A DNA stretch of 64,000 nucleotides from contig CAWGLD010000007.1 of NCBI GenBank assembly GCA_963823335.1, positions 1-64,000 of the forward strand. The letters are read 5' to 3'. Source of the stretch: an uncultured delta proteobacterium (GTDB lineage: Bacteria > Desulfobacterota > Desulfobacteria > Desulfobacterales > B30-G6). A program made the translations under genes and the position numbers. This document shows positions 49,953 through 59,924 of the stretch, piece by piece. The notes beneath the pieces were generated by a model. It was given only the letters and a program-made list of their open reading frames with translations, was not told where the DNA came from and made no database searches. Within the stretch, counting starts at the first letter, position 1, and the number at the start of each line of letters is the position of its first letter.

Positions 49953-50415
49953 AAACCCCGCCACTGGGTGTCGGGAAATAAAGCACTTCTATAGATGTAT
50001 TCTTATATCCGAATTCTACCGTAGGCGCCACTGCCGGGGTAATCCCGGCAAGGTTGGGGAAACGATCACCGTAACCGTACACAAGACCGGCATACAGATT
50101 GCCCTGAAAAAAAAAATTGCTGTTGCGGGAATCGTGTATTTTTTTTGTCTGAAACCGTCTCCCCCCGAATAAAGATTGATCGTGATAGCTGTTGCTGAAC
50201 CCCAGTATGACCCAGTCGGAATAGGATAAGCCCAGCATTCCCGTATGTTCATTGGTATCACCGGACGGGTTGACGTGACGGGTGAACAGTCCCAATGTTA
50301 TGGCCCACTGCTGCGCCTGGTTTTCTTTTTCCTCTGTTTCCTCCGCCATTCCTGTCAACGGCATCAACAGAATAAGAATAGACAGCAGCAAACTACAAAA
50401 TACTTTTACAAACAT
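49924..50415 (-). CDS. Secreted hypothetical protein, possibly a small outer-membrane beta-barrel
   Basis: Signal peptide, FSNSY, AGLVYGY, C-terminal YRF. Confidence 0.65.
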   Translation of the reverse strand: MFVKVFCSLLLSILILLMPLTGMAEETEEKENQAQQWAITLGLFTRHVNPSGDTNEHTGMLGLSYSDWVILGFSNSYHDQSLFGGRRFQTKKIHDSRNSNFFFQGNLYAGLVYGYGDRFPNLAGITPAVAPTVEFGYKNTSIEVLYFPTPSGGVFSGLLVYRF

Positions 50416-50503
50416 TCGAGTCCTTCTAAAATTGTTCTAAATGACAACGGTTTTTCGCTCCATCAAAGCACAAGCCGAAAATTGAGCTTTTAACCCATGA
50501 ATA

Positions 50504-50520
50504 TGCATTGAGCAAGCCAA
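50504..50520 (-). promoter_or_regulatory. Candidate sigma54 (-24/-12) promoter
   Basis: Minus strand TTGGCTTGCTCAATGCA has GG-N10-GC spacing, about 90 nt upstream of the ATG at 50415. Confidence 0.4.
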
Positions 50521-50712
50521 AAGATAAAACACGCTTTGGATTTGCAAACCAGATCTATCTTTTACATGTTGAGAAGACACCCGACATTGTGTTAAACAAA
50601 TATCGTTCCAATACTAACTGTTACTCTATAATTCCCTAGGAAAGACGCATCATATTCTCTCATAGGATGATGGATGGTATTTCGCACCTTATAACGAAAG
50701 TTGCATGGTCGC

Positions 50713-52560
50713 ATGAATTCTAATTGGCTAGATAAACTGGTATCACCGGAAGAGGTCCTGAGGCATATCAAACCTGGTATGACCATTTTTCTCGGAAGTG
50801 GTTTTGCTGAGCCTCGAACCCTTATGAAAAGTCTTATTGAGTCTGGACTCCCTGATACAAATGATTTGGAATTTATCCAACTGACAAGCTACAGTGACTT
50901 TTTATCACTGAACAATATGGACTATGGGAAATACCGGTTGAAAACATTTTTCTCCAGCTGGGTATCCAGCGAGGCCGTTATCAGCAACAGTGTCGATCTC
51001 ATTCCAGCCAGAATTTCCCAACTCCCTAAAATCATCAAGTCCAACCGGATTCCCATAGATGTCGCTTTTATCCAGATTACACCGCCGGATGAAGCAGGCT
51101 ATTGCAGCTTAGGGGTCGCCGTGGATATTGCCAGAGAGGCCATGGAAAAGGCCAAACTGGTAGTAGCAGAGGTCAATACCAAACTTCCCTTTACCTTCGG
51201 AGATACCATTGTATCCCTCGCCGATTTTGATCTTGTTGTAAAGTCAACTGAGCTGCCTACTTATTACAAACCCAAACCGGTCAGGCCTGTCATCGATCAA
51301 GTGGCAGCCAATATGGCCCAGCTGATAAAAGATGGGGACTGTATCAGCTTCCTGGTAGGGCCGCTCTTCGAAGCTCTCGGCCGTCACCTGGATAAAAAAC
51401 GACACTTGGGGATACACACCCCTTATTTTTCAGACGCATTGATGGCCCTGGTGAAAAACGGCATCGCAACCAACTACCGTAAACCCCAGTACCGGGGAAA
51501 ATCCGTTGCCTCCTATGCACTGGGAACACCGGCCTTGATGCAGTGGTTGGACCGCAATCCGCTTGTAGAATTCCAGAGTGTCGAGCAGGTGTTCGATCCC
51601 ATCCAGATCGGCCGCATCCCCAATTTTGTGGTTGTCAACGAAGCGAATAAAGTAGACCTGCTTGGACGAATCGCCTTTACCGTGGGCAAAAACGATATCA
51701 CTGCCGGACCCGGCAAAAGTGCTGACCTTTTTGCCGGAACCGAAATGTCCCCGGGTGGACGAAACATCATCGGTCTGCCCAGCAGGAATGCCATGGGGAA
51801 GCCCAATGTCGTGGTCATGCTCAAAAGTCTTCGTAATCAGTTTCACATGCGTGAATCCATCGACGCCGTTGTAACCGAATACGGCATTGCCAACCTGAAA
51901 TGGCGCACCATCAGAGAAAGAGCCCAGGCCTTGATCGACATCGCCCACCCGGATGACAGAAAAAAACTGATGGAAGATGCCAAGGCAAAAAGGATAATTT
52001 TCCTGGATCAGATTTTTCTCTCGGACAGCGCCCGACTGTATCCCAGCGAAGCTGTTAACGAACATGTGATGAAGAACGGGCTGCCGGTTCGGTTCCGACC
52101 TATCAAGCCGTCTGACGAAGAAGCCATGCGGCGCTTTTTCTACCGTTTTTCTAAGCAATCCATTTTCCGTCGATTCTTCTTTCCGGTTTCAACCATGCCC
52201 CATAATAAAATGCAGACCTACGTCAATGTCGACTACCGCAGCGAAATGTCCATAGTGGCCTTGATCCATGAGCCCGGGCAGGAAATCATTATCGCTGAAG
52301 CAAGATATGCCAAAGATGAGGAGAATGGTTTTGGTGATCTGGCCTTCTTTGTGGACGAAAAATATCAAGGACTGGGCATCGCGCCGTATCTCTATGACTT
52401 GCTGACTCGCCTAGCCAAGGATCGAGGACTGAGAGGGTTTACAGCTGAAGTGATGCAGGAGAACAAAGGTATGCTAACGGTCTTTGAAAAAAGTGGACTG
52501 CCAATGGAAGCTTTGTTAAAAAACGGTATTTACAAGCTGAGAATGCCTTTTGATGAATAA
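50713..52560 (+). CDS. Acetyl-CoA hydrolase/transferase-family domain fused to a GNAT domain
   Basis: PPDEAGYCSLGV, VVTEYGIANL, ERAQALIDIAHPD; GNAT RFRPIKPSDE..YQGLGIA. Confidence 0.88.
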   Translation: MNSNWLDKLVSPEEVLRHIKPGMTIFLGSGFAEPRTLMKSLIESGLPDTNDLEFIQLTSYSDFLSLNNMDYGKYRLKTFFSSWVSSEAVISNSVDLIPARISQLPKIIKSNRIPIDVAFIQITPPDEAGYCSLGVAVDIAREAMEKAKLVVAEVNTKLPFTFGDTIVSLADFDLVVKSTELPTYYKPKPVRPVIDQVAANMAQLIKDGDCISFLVGPLFEALGRHLDKKRHLGIHTPYFSDALMALVKNGIATNYRKPQYRGKSVASYALGTPALMQWLDRNPLVEFQSVEQVFDPIQIGRIPNFVVVNEANKVDLLGRIAFTVGKNDITAGPGKSADLFAGTEMSPGGRNIIGLPSRNAMGKPNVVVMLKSLRNQFHMRESIDAVVTEYGIANLKWRTIRERAQALIDIAHPDDRKKLMEDAKAKRIIFLDQIFLSDSARLYPSEAVNEHVMKNGLPVRFRPIKPSDEEAMRRFFYRFSKQSIFRRFFFPVSTMPHNKMQTYVNVDYRSEMSIVALIHEPGQEIIIAEARYAKDEENGFGDLAFFVDEKYQGLGIAPYLYDLLTRLAKDRGLRGFTAEVMQENKGMLTVFEKSGLPMEALLKNGIYKLRMPFDE

Positions 52561-52569
52561 TCGGTGGAA

Positions 52570-53673
52570 TTATGTCATATAAACACCATATTTGTGAACA
52601 GCCTCAACGGCCGCTCGAACATTCTCCAAGGGGGTAGTTGGGCCGATGTTGCATAGATACAGGCAAAAGTGCCCGTTTTTCCCACCGATTTCGATGTACT
52701 GTTTCACCCGCTCGGCTACTTCCACGGGTTTACTCAAGGCCAGAAAACCGGCACCAATGCCAAGCACCAGAGCAACCCTGTTTTTTTCAGCATAGGCCTT
52801 GTAAACTGCAGGGCCGATTTTGGCCACATCTGGATCCTGACCTTCCACAAAATCCGGGCAAACCCGAAGCTTTAAATCGAGAAGTTCTTCAGGTCTTCGC
52901 AGATAACTTTCACCGACCCAGTTAGGCACATAAACCTGTGGACCGCAAATCTCCCGCAATCTGAGAATATAGGGGATAATCCAGTCCTGCAGAATAGAGG
53001 TGTTGACAATGGGCAACGAGGCCATTGCATCACTTCCGCATATACTCCGGGCTGTTGGAAACTTCTCTTTAAGGTAAAGGATCCAGGGGATGATCACATC
53101 TTCGGTAAACCGATCAAAAAGTTCCTTGGCAAAGGTGGGGTCCGTCATGATATCCATGATCAACCGTTCAACGCCTCGTGCATTCGCTGCCATGGTAAAG
53201 GGTGCACAAAAGTTCAGCGTCGGATCCTTATCGACCCACTCACGGTATAGGGTGTTCATTTCAACAACCATGGGGAAGCGCCCGTCTGTCGTGAAATCGG
53301 GCGTTTGGATCTTTTTCAGGTCATTCCAGTTTTTAATCAACGGGTCAGTGCGGTCAACATCAGGCGAATTATGCTTGCTGTAAATTATTTTCTGTCCAAT
53401 CGCCTCAACTTCAATATTGTAAATATCATAATCCAATAAAGGAACGTCCAGATCATATTTATGCGCCGTTGATAAAATTGCTGAAACCAGACATTGCGGA
53501 TCTGAAAAGAATTCCGGGGCATCGAGACCGGATTCTTTCATTGCCAGTTCATGAATTTGAGCAAAGACCGGAACCCGGTCCGGTATGCCTGTCAAGGCAT
53601 TTTCCAGACGGGTAATCCCTTCCTTAAAAAACGCATAATCGGGCGACCCGGCGCTGTTCAAGGAAGGTTTCAA
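52570..53673 (-). CDS. Uroporphyrinogen decarboxylase / MtaA-CmuA superfamily protein
   Basis: PDRVPV, EVEAIG, DGRFP, APFT.A..RG, TPLENVRA; abuts the upstream stop codon. Confidence 0.8.
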   Translation of the reverse strand: MKPSLNSAGSPDYAFFKEGITRLENALTGIPDRVPVFAQIHELAMKESGLDAPEFFSDPQCLVSAILSTAHKYDLDVPLLDYDIYNIEVEAIGQKIIYSKHNSPDVDRTDPLIKNWNDLKKIQTPDFTTDGRFPMVVEMNTLYREWVDKDPTLNFCAPFTMAANARGVERLIMDIMTDPTFAKELFDRFTEDVIIPWILYLKEKFPTARSICGSDAMASLPIVNTSILQDWIIPYILRLREICGPQVYVPNWVGESYLRRPEELLDLKLRVCPDFVEGQDPDVAKIGPAVYKAYAEKNRVALVLGIGAGFLALSKPVEVAERVKQYIEIGGKNGHFCLYLCNIGPTTPLENVRAAVEAVHKYGVYMT

Positions 53674-56136
53674 TTACATCCGTACCTTTTGACTCATGGG
53701 ATCATACATCGGTTCGAGGTGGATCTCGATGGGAAACAGCTTCCCGGCAACGTTGATTTCATAATCCCCCGCCATGATCCAGTCATCATCGATGCCATCG
53801 GAATGTTTCAGATAACACATTCCGATGGAGCACCCATACAGATGAGAATAGGCGCCATGGGTATTTTCACTCATCAGTTCCCCATTGCGATAGATGGGTT
53901 CATCATGGTAAACTAGCGGTTCGGGGTTTTTTAGTGAGAACATGACCAGCTTGCGTTTCAGACCGGTTTTCTTTTGCCGGGCCAGTGCCTCCTTACCCAG
54001 AAATGATGCTTTCTCCATTTTGACACAGAACCCCAACCCGGATTCGAAAGGTGTCTGATCCGGTGTAATGTCGGCCCCCCAGTGTTTGTAGCCCTTTTCC
54101 AATCGCAGGGAGTCCAGGGCATGCAGACCGACCAGCTGGAGGTTGTATTTTTCTCCTTCCGCCATCAGCGCATCAAAGACGTTATTTGAAAATTCTGTCG
54201 GTATGTACAGTTCCCACCCCAGTTCCCCGACAAACGACATGCGGATGGCCAGCGGTCTTGCATAGGCGACATTGATCTCTTGTGCGGTGGCAAACGGAAA
54301 CGCCGCGTTTGAAAGATCGGCATCGGTCAGATTTTGCAGAAATTCCCGTGCGTTCGGACCCATGACGGCGAGCATTGTGTAGCCGGAGGTCACCTCGGTC
54401 AGGGTCACGAAATCATTTTTCTTGATGTGACGATTTATGGTGTCGAAGTCCCGGACACCACAGGCACCCGGACTGACAATAAAGAATTTGTCTTCAGCCA
54501 GACGTGTAACCGTGATATCCGCTTCGATACCCCCCCGTTCGTTGAGCATCTGTGTGTAGACCACCTTACCAACCGGCACATCCACGTCATTGCAACAAGC
54601 ATATTGCAAGGTCTTCATGGCATCACGCCCCTGAACGAGAAATTTAGCCATGGAGGAGAGATCATAGACACCCAGATTTTCACGTACCGCCATATGCTCT
54701 GCAGCCGAGTATTCGAACCAGTTCTGGCGCCCCCAGCTGTATGCATATACCGGTGTTACACCCTCGGGAGCAAACCAGTTGGCACGCTCCCAGCCGGCCA
54801 CCACACCAAAGCAGGCACCGCGTTGTGCCAGTCTGTCGTGAAATGGCGTCTGACGGACATTTCTGGCGGTCTCCGGTTGTTTAAACGGCCAGTGATCCGC
54901 GTACAGATTGCCAACGGCTTCGATGACACGGTCGTGGACATAGCGCGTATTCTGCTGCCAACCGTAAAAACGCCGTACATCCACGGCCCACAGGTCTTCT
55001 TCGGGATAGCCCTGATCCATCCACTGGGCCAGTGCCCGGCCGGCGCCCCCCGCACTGGTGATGCCCACCGAATTCATACCGGTGGCTACAAAAAGGTTTT
55101 TGACACCGGGAACCTCACCCAGCATGTAAGCGGTATCGGGTGTAAAACTCTCCGGCACCGTTGTGAGGCTGTTAATTTCCGCTGTTTCAAAAGCCGGTAC
55201 TCTTTTTATCGCGTTTTTCATGAATATTTCGAATTGATCCCAGTCTTCCTGGAGCTGGGTATATTGAAAATTTTCCGGAATACCCTGCATACCCCAGGGC
55301 TTGGCCACCGGTTCAAAACCGCCCATAAGAAGACCGCCCATCTCCTCCTTGATATAGATATAGCCATCCATATCCCGCACATACGGCATCCCCTTGTAGG
55401 TTCCCTCCATGGGATTGGTGGTCATGTGCATGTGTTCGGCAGCATACAGCGGAAAGCTGGCACCCATCATCTTACCCAATTCACGCGACCACATACCAGT
55501 GCAATTGACCAGAAATTCACATGCAATGTCCCCCTGGTCGGTGGTAAGCCCGCTGACGGTGTCCAGCCCTGAGACGATGCCGGGTTTAAAATGGACGCCG
55601 GTTACCTTGACGTTCTCGATGAATCTGGCACCACCTTTTCTGGCGCCCTTGGCCAATGCCTGGGTTGTATCTTCGGGGTTGGTGTGTCCGTCGTTCGGCT
55701 GGAACCATGCTGCTTCAAGATCGTCGGTATGCAGCAGGGGAAACAATCTTCGGGCTTCTGTCAGGCTGATTTCTTCCATTTCAATGCCGAATGCACGCGC
55801 CATCTGCATGGATCGATCATATTCTTCTTTGCGTGCCTTGGTCTGTGCGACCCGGATGGAACCAGGACGCTGATAACCCGTAGGCTGCCCGGTCTCCTCT
55901 TCCAGACGGGAATAAAGATCCGCGCCGTAAACAGCGAGTTTGGTCAAGGCGGCATTCGACCAGAGCTGGCCCAGCAAGCCTGCTGCAGCCCAGGTCGTTC
56001 CGGATGCAATCGTTTTACGCTCCACAACCACGACATCCTTCCAGCCTAATTTACACAAGTGGTAAGCGACACTGCAACCGACAATACCACCCCCGACAAT
56101 GACAACCTGCGCGTGTGTGGGTAACTGTTCTGCCAT
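53674..56136 (-). CDS. FAD-dependent oxidoreductase with a GcvT/THF domain (dimethylglycine/sarcosine dehydrogenase family)
   Basis: GGGIVG, SGTTWAAAG, PESFTPD, GWERANWF, GELGWELY, SLRLEKGY; GGAGG RBS before 56136. Confidence 0.9.
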   Translation of the reverse strand: MAEQLPTHAQVVIVGGGIVGCSVAYHLCKLGWKDVVVVERKTIASGTTWAAAGLLGQLWSNAALTKLAVYGADLYSRLEEETGQPTGYQRPGSIRVAQTKARKEEYDRSMQMARAFGIEMEEISLTEARRLFPLLHTDDLEAAWFQPNDGHTNPEDTTQALAKGARKGGARFIENVKVTGVHFKPGIVSGLDTVSGLTTDQGDIACEFLVNCTGMWSRELGKMMGASFPLYAAEHMHMTTNPMEGTYKGMPYVRDMDGYIYIKEEMGGLLMGGFEPVAKPWGMQGIPENFQYTQLQEDWDQFEIFMKNAIKRVPAFETAEINSLTTVPESFTPDTAYMLGEVPGVKNLFVATGMNSVGITSAGGAGRALAQWMDQGYPEEDLWAVDVRRFYGWQQNTRYVHDRVIEAVGNLYADHWPFKQPETARNVRQTPFHDRLAQRGACFGVVAGWERANWFAPEGVTPVYAYSWGRQNWFEYSAAEHMAVRENLGVYDLSSMAKFLVQGRDAMKTLQYACCNDVDVPVGKVVYTQMLNERGGIEADITVTRLAEDKFFIVSPGACGVRDFDTINRHIKKNDFVTLTEVTSGYTMLAVMGPNAREFLQNLTDADLSNAAFPFATAQEINVAYARPLAIRMSFVGELGWELYIPTEFSNNVFDALMAEGEKYNLQLVGLHALDSLRLEKGYKHWGADITPDQTPFESGLGFCVKMEKASFLGKEALARQKKTGLKRKLVMFSLKNPEPLVYHDEPIYRNGELMSENTHGAYSHLYGCSIGMCYLKHSDGIDDDWIMAGDYEINVAGKLFPIEIHLEPMYDPMSQKVRM

Positions 56137-56451
56137 GGGAACCTCCTGCATGGAATCTGAACGATTGGGTAACACTTTAAAAAGAATCATTACAATGGTT
56201 AATGCTTCAACTTTCGGTTTTCACCATCGATAGAGCGAAATGGGTGATCCAATGGCGATTTGCGCTGTTTGAGGCGCTTAGGGATTCTCACATCAGCGCA
56301 TGAAAATAAACATCCAACATGAAAACCTGTCCATTTGGAAACCATGCCTGTTTAACCATATGACCAGCGCTGATGTTAGAAGTCCTTTCGGCGAGTTCGC
56401 AAAGCGCCAGGGGATTATTCATTTCGTGTTCGCTGAACCCATGAAGTTGAG

Positions 56452-57921
56452 TTAACCCACGCCCTGCTCTTTCTCGGCTTCGTCAACGATCTCCCGAATG
56501 TCCTGGAGCACGCTGTCTGAGAGCTGCGGCGGTTCGTACGTCTCCAGGATATCGATCATCTTGTCGTGTGCACGCTGGTAGAGGTCTGTGCTGCCGTCCG
56601 CCTCCCAGTCTTCGCGCATGCGCCGGTCCATCAGTTCGGCTCGGGATTGCGATGCCCTATGTTGATACGTTGATTCATGGGCCAGGTAGTCTTTTCCGAT
56701 GCCCATCTCCCTGATAATGTCCACCGCCAAGGTCTCTTCGTTGACGGGTATACCTTTTACGGTATATTTAATCATTTCTGCAATTTCATTGTCGATGACC
56801 AGCTGTGCTAAATCAAAGGTGATTCCCATTTCGAGCATTCCCAGGCCGTATATGACGTTGGCTCCTGCCAGCGCCGGTAAAATGCCTGTAATGGTCTTTT
56901 CATGTCCCGACTGGGCATCGACCACCTTGCTGTCGCCCTAACCACCGGCGACGAAACACGGCAGACTGTAATAACGCGCCAGCCTTGCGACCGCGGCACT
57001 GATCATACCGGTTTCCGGCGATCCAACGGTTGCGGTAGCCCGGCGCAGGTCCAGCGGGCAGGTGGAGCTGCCATACATAAAGGGAGAGCCCTTGCGGCTC
57101 AGCTGGCTCAGCACCAGGCTGGAAAGCACTTCACAGTTCTGCACAACCAGGGTTCCCGCAAGGTGGATCGGAGCGGAACCCCCGGACATGGCCATGCCGA
57201 TAACGTTCACCCCCAGACCGTGCCTGGCCGCGCCCATGATGATCTCGCAATGGTGATCCGTAAGCTTCAACGGGCTGATGGGGCAGGTGGTAAACGAGAG
57301 CAGCGGCCGTTCTCTCAGCTTCTCCTTGCTTCCTGAAATGGCCACGCATATGTCTACAATTTTCTCCAACTGAAACCCGTTGACCGGGCCCAGCCAGTGA
57401 TGCTTGGTGGTGTTGGTCAGAGAAGCTTCCGCATTGTGGATCGCCTGGACCTCCGGCGGTTTGTCGTGCGAACACATAGCGCGCTCGTAAGTCTCCACGT
57501 TCTCCAGATAATCGATGAGGCGTGACGCTTTTTCGATGTCCGCCTTGGTGGTGTCGCGGTGTTCACCTGTATCGGGATCGACAAAGACAATCCCTTCACC
57601 AAAATTGGTAAACGTCACCCGGTTGTCCTCCAGCACCACGTCACTCTCAGGAATTCTTCCATAGGCAATAAACGTGGCCGGTGCGGTATGAATGGCATCC
57701 TCTACGACAAAATGGGGAATTTTTACGGTGCTACTTTTTGCATCAACCGTACAGCCCGCCCCGTGGTATATTTCAAGGGCTTTTTCATTTTCGACGAATA
57801 CACCGGTATTACTCAAAACTTCCAGTGTCGCCAGATGAATTTCATGAAGCTCGTCATCGGTCATGAGATTGAGACTGAATCCGCTGTTGCGTTTGATACC
57901 GGCTTTTGGTCTACGTTTCAT
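56452..57921 (-). CDS. mttB: Trimethylamine:corrinoid methyltransferase MttB, predicted pyrrolysine-containing (TAG at codon 328)
   Basis: One frame reading VAGG-TAG-GDSKVVDAQSGHEKT; 489 aa with readthrough, colinear with the adjacent paralog; AAGGAGG RBS. Confidence 0.9.
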
Positions 57922-57951
57922 AGTGCCTCCTTGCTCGCCCTATATTTGATT

Positions 57952-59433
57952 TTATTTCTTTTTTTTCACTTCCATCTCGTATGCGTCGACAATCTCTTTC
58001 ATGGCCTCGGAGACTTTGTCAGGCAGGGCATAGGGCTTATGATTTTCAAGGATGTCGATGGCTTTTGCATAAGCGCGATCCCTGATACTTTTGCCTTGCG
58101 TTACATCCATCCAGTCACCCCGCGAGCGTCTGTCGAACAGTTCGACCCGGGATTGGCTCCTCATGTAACGGAGATTCTGTTCGTGGGTGATGTAAGCGCC
58201 GCCGGGGCCGACCTCGTGTATGACATCCATGGCCAGGGTCTCGTCATTGACGACGACACCCCCGAGCGCGATTTGAATCATACGGATCATCTCCGCATCC
58301 ATGATCAGCTTGGCGTAGTCCATGGTGAGTCCCTGTTCCAGAACGCCGGAACCGAAGATGATGTTCCCGCCTGAAAGCGCACTCAGCGTAGCGCTCAGGG
58401 TAAATTCATAACCGGATTGGATATCCGGCTCTTTGCTGTCCGATGCACCGCCGCCCACCCAGCCGGGCAGTCGGTAGTACTGGGCCATTTTGGCAAGCGA
58501 TGCGTTGATCATACCATACTCGGGAGAACCGATGGCGGAGGTGCCGAATCTCAAATCCAGAATCGTGCTGGTGCTGCCATAGGTGCAGGGCAAACCTTTT
58601 TTCACCAACTGGGCCAGGGCGATGGTTGCCAGGACTTCGGCATTGTGGGTTACCAAGGTACCTGCCAGGGAAGCGCTGGCTGTTCCACCGGAGAGAGCCA
58701 TGGGTATGATGAGAATCCCCAATCCGAGCCGGGCGCTCTCTATGATGACGTCGCAGGTATTTTCTCCAAGGGTAAGCGGACTGATGGGGCAGACGTTGAC
58801 CGTAAAAATGGGTCGTTTCTGAAATATTTCCTTGCCACCCACGCACGCCGATGCGAGTTCGACCATTACCTGCAGGGACCTTGCCGAATCTGCACCGAGA
58901 AAGATATGCTTACCGGTGTTGGCCAACATGGCTTCGAGATTGTGCAGAGACTGTGTGCCATCCATGACATCTGTCGAGTTGACCATGCGCTCGGCTACAC
59001 TGATCTCGTCCAGATAGTCGCCTACCCGGACCAGTTCACCACAGTCCTTTTTGGTCGCCCGCCGAACTTTTTTGGTATAGGGATCGATAACGTTGATGCA
59101 GCCGCCGAATGTGGTAAATCCAACACGGTTGGGCTCCATAATAAAGTCGTCGGCTGGGTTCCTGGCATCGTACACAAATGTGTGCGGGGACCTGAAAGCG
59201 GACTCCTCCACCAGAAACGATGGAATTCTCACGATCCCGAAACCCTCATACCTCTCCACCATGGCACCGCCGCCGTGAAATATTTCGAGTGCCTCCTCGC
59301 TCATCACCTTTATCCCGGTGTCCTGGAGGATTTGCAGGGTTGCATAGTGGATCGAATCAAGCTCGTCCCGTGATAATGAGCTCAGCCCCAAGCCCGAAGA
59401 TGCACTGATTCCACTTCTGAAACGTCTTTTCAT
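57952..59433 (-). CDS. MttB-superfamily methyltransferase without pyrrolysine
   Basis: LAGTLVTHNAEVL, YGSTSTILDL, GSPE, WVGGGASDSK; no internal stop; likely start MKRRF at 59433. Confidence 0.9.
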   Translation of the reverse strand: MKRRFRSGISASSGLGLSSLSRDELDSIHYATLQILQDTGIKVMSEEALEIFHGGGAMVERYEGFGIVRIPSFLVEESAFRSPHTFVYDARNPADDFIMEPNRVGFTTFGGCINVIDPYTKKVRRATKKDCGELVRVGDYLDEISVAERMVNSTDVMDGTQSLHNLEAMLANTGKHIFLGADSARSLQVMVELASACVGGKEIFQKRPIFTVNVCPISPLTLGENTCDVIIESARLGLGILIIPMALSGGTASASLAGTLVTHNAEVLATIALAQLVKKGLPCTYGSTSTILDLRFGTSAIGSPEYGMINASLAKMAQYYRLPGWVGGGASDSKEPDIQSGYEFTLSATLSALSGGNIIFGSGVLEQGLTMDYAKLIMDAEMIRMIQIALGGVVVNDETLAMDVIHEVGPGGAYITHEQNLRYMRSQSRVELFDRRSRGDWMDVTQGKSIRDRAYAKAIDILENHKPYALPDKVSEAMKEIVDAYEMEVKKKK

Positions 59434-59731
59434 GACACCCCCTGTCACCAAATATGGTGCTTTGTAGCCGTGTCTGATCTGCTGTATGTCTTCAAAAGTC
59501 TTTGGTAAAATCAGGAATTGAGATAGCAAGAAAGATTTTCAGGATCCAATACCTTTTATTGGTTTTTTAAGCAACTATTTATGATAAAAAAATTCTTGAT
59601 TCCACTTTTTTTTGGTTCAATTAATTTAGTTCAATTAAAAGGTGAATTTCTCAGATCTCTTGACTTTGGTCGCGATACAAATTAGAGTCATTTTTAACTG
59701 CGGCAAGACAATGTGCTATTTATCGTGCATC

Positions 59732-59896
59732 GAAGAACCTCACAGCATGCGAAGCACTGCCGAACGGCAGAACCTACGAAAAATGTTGTGATGTGCGGCA
59801 GTGCTTTGCAGCGACCATAAGAGATTCTGCCTAATTTAGATTCGCTCGCTAACCCCGCAGTAAGCTGCGGGGTTAGCGCAGGCTATTGCGGTTCAA
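59732..59896 (+). repeat. Rearranged family-A element in the divergent promoter region
   Basis: GAAGAACCTCACAGCATGCGAAGCACTGCCGAACGGCAGAACCTACG ... GATTCGCTCGCTAACCCCGCAG ... GCGGTTCA. Confidence 0.8.
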
Positions 59897-59924
59897 ATTT
59901 CAACTTACATAACGTGGTAGAAAA

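Noticed and set aside
54334-55572. 412-aa plus-strand ORF, and similar long antisense ORFs such as 58417..59373, 40365..41156 and 47265..48026
   Set aside because: Antisense shadows of well-supported genes with no recognisable motifs.
56137-56451. tRNA-Pyl or glycine riboswitch in the spacer
   Set aside because: No cloverleaf with a CUA anticodon and no glycine-aptamer consensus were visible by eye.
56452-56925. Separate 157-aa gene, or an mttB nonsense pseudogene
   Set aside because: It is in frame with 56938..57921, and the only stop is a TAG at the known Pyl position; readthrough explains it better.
59703-59718. Sigma54 promoter for the mttB operon
   Set aside because: TAGCAC-N6-TTGC lacks the GG and has the wrong spacing.
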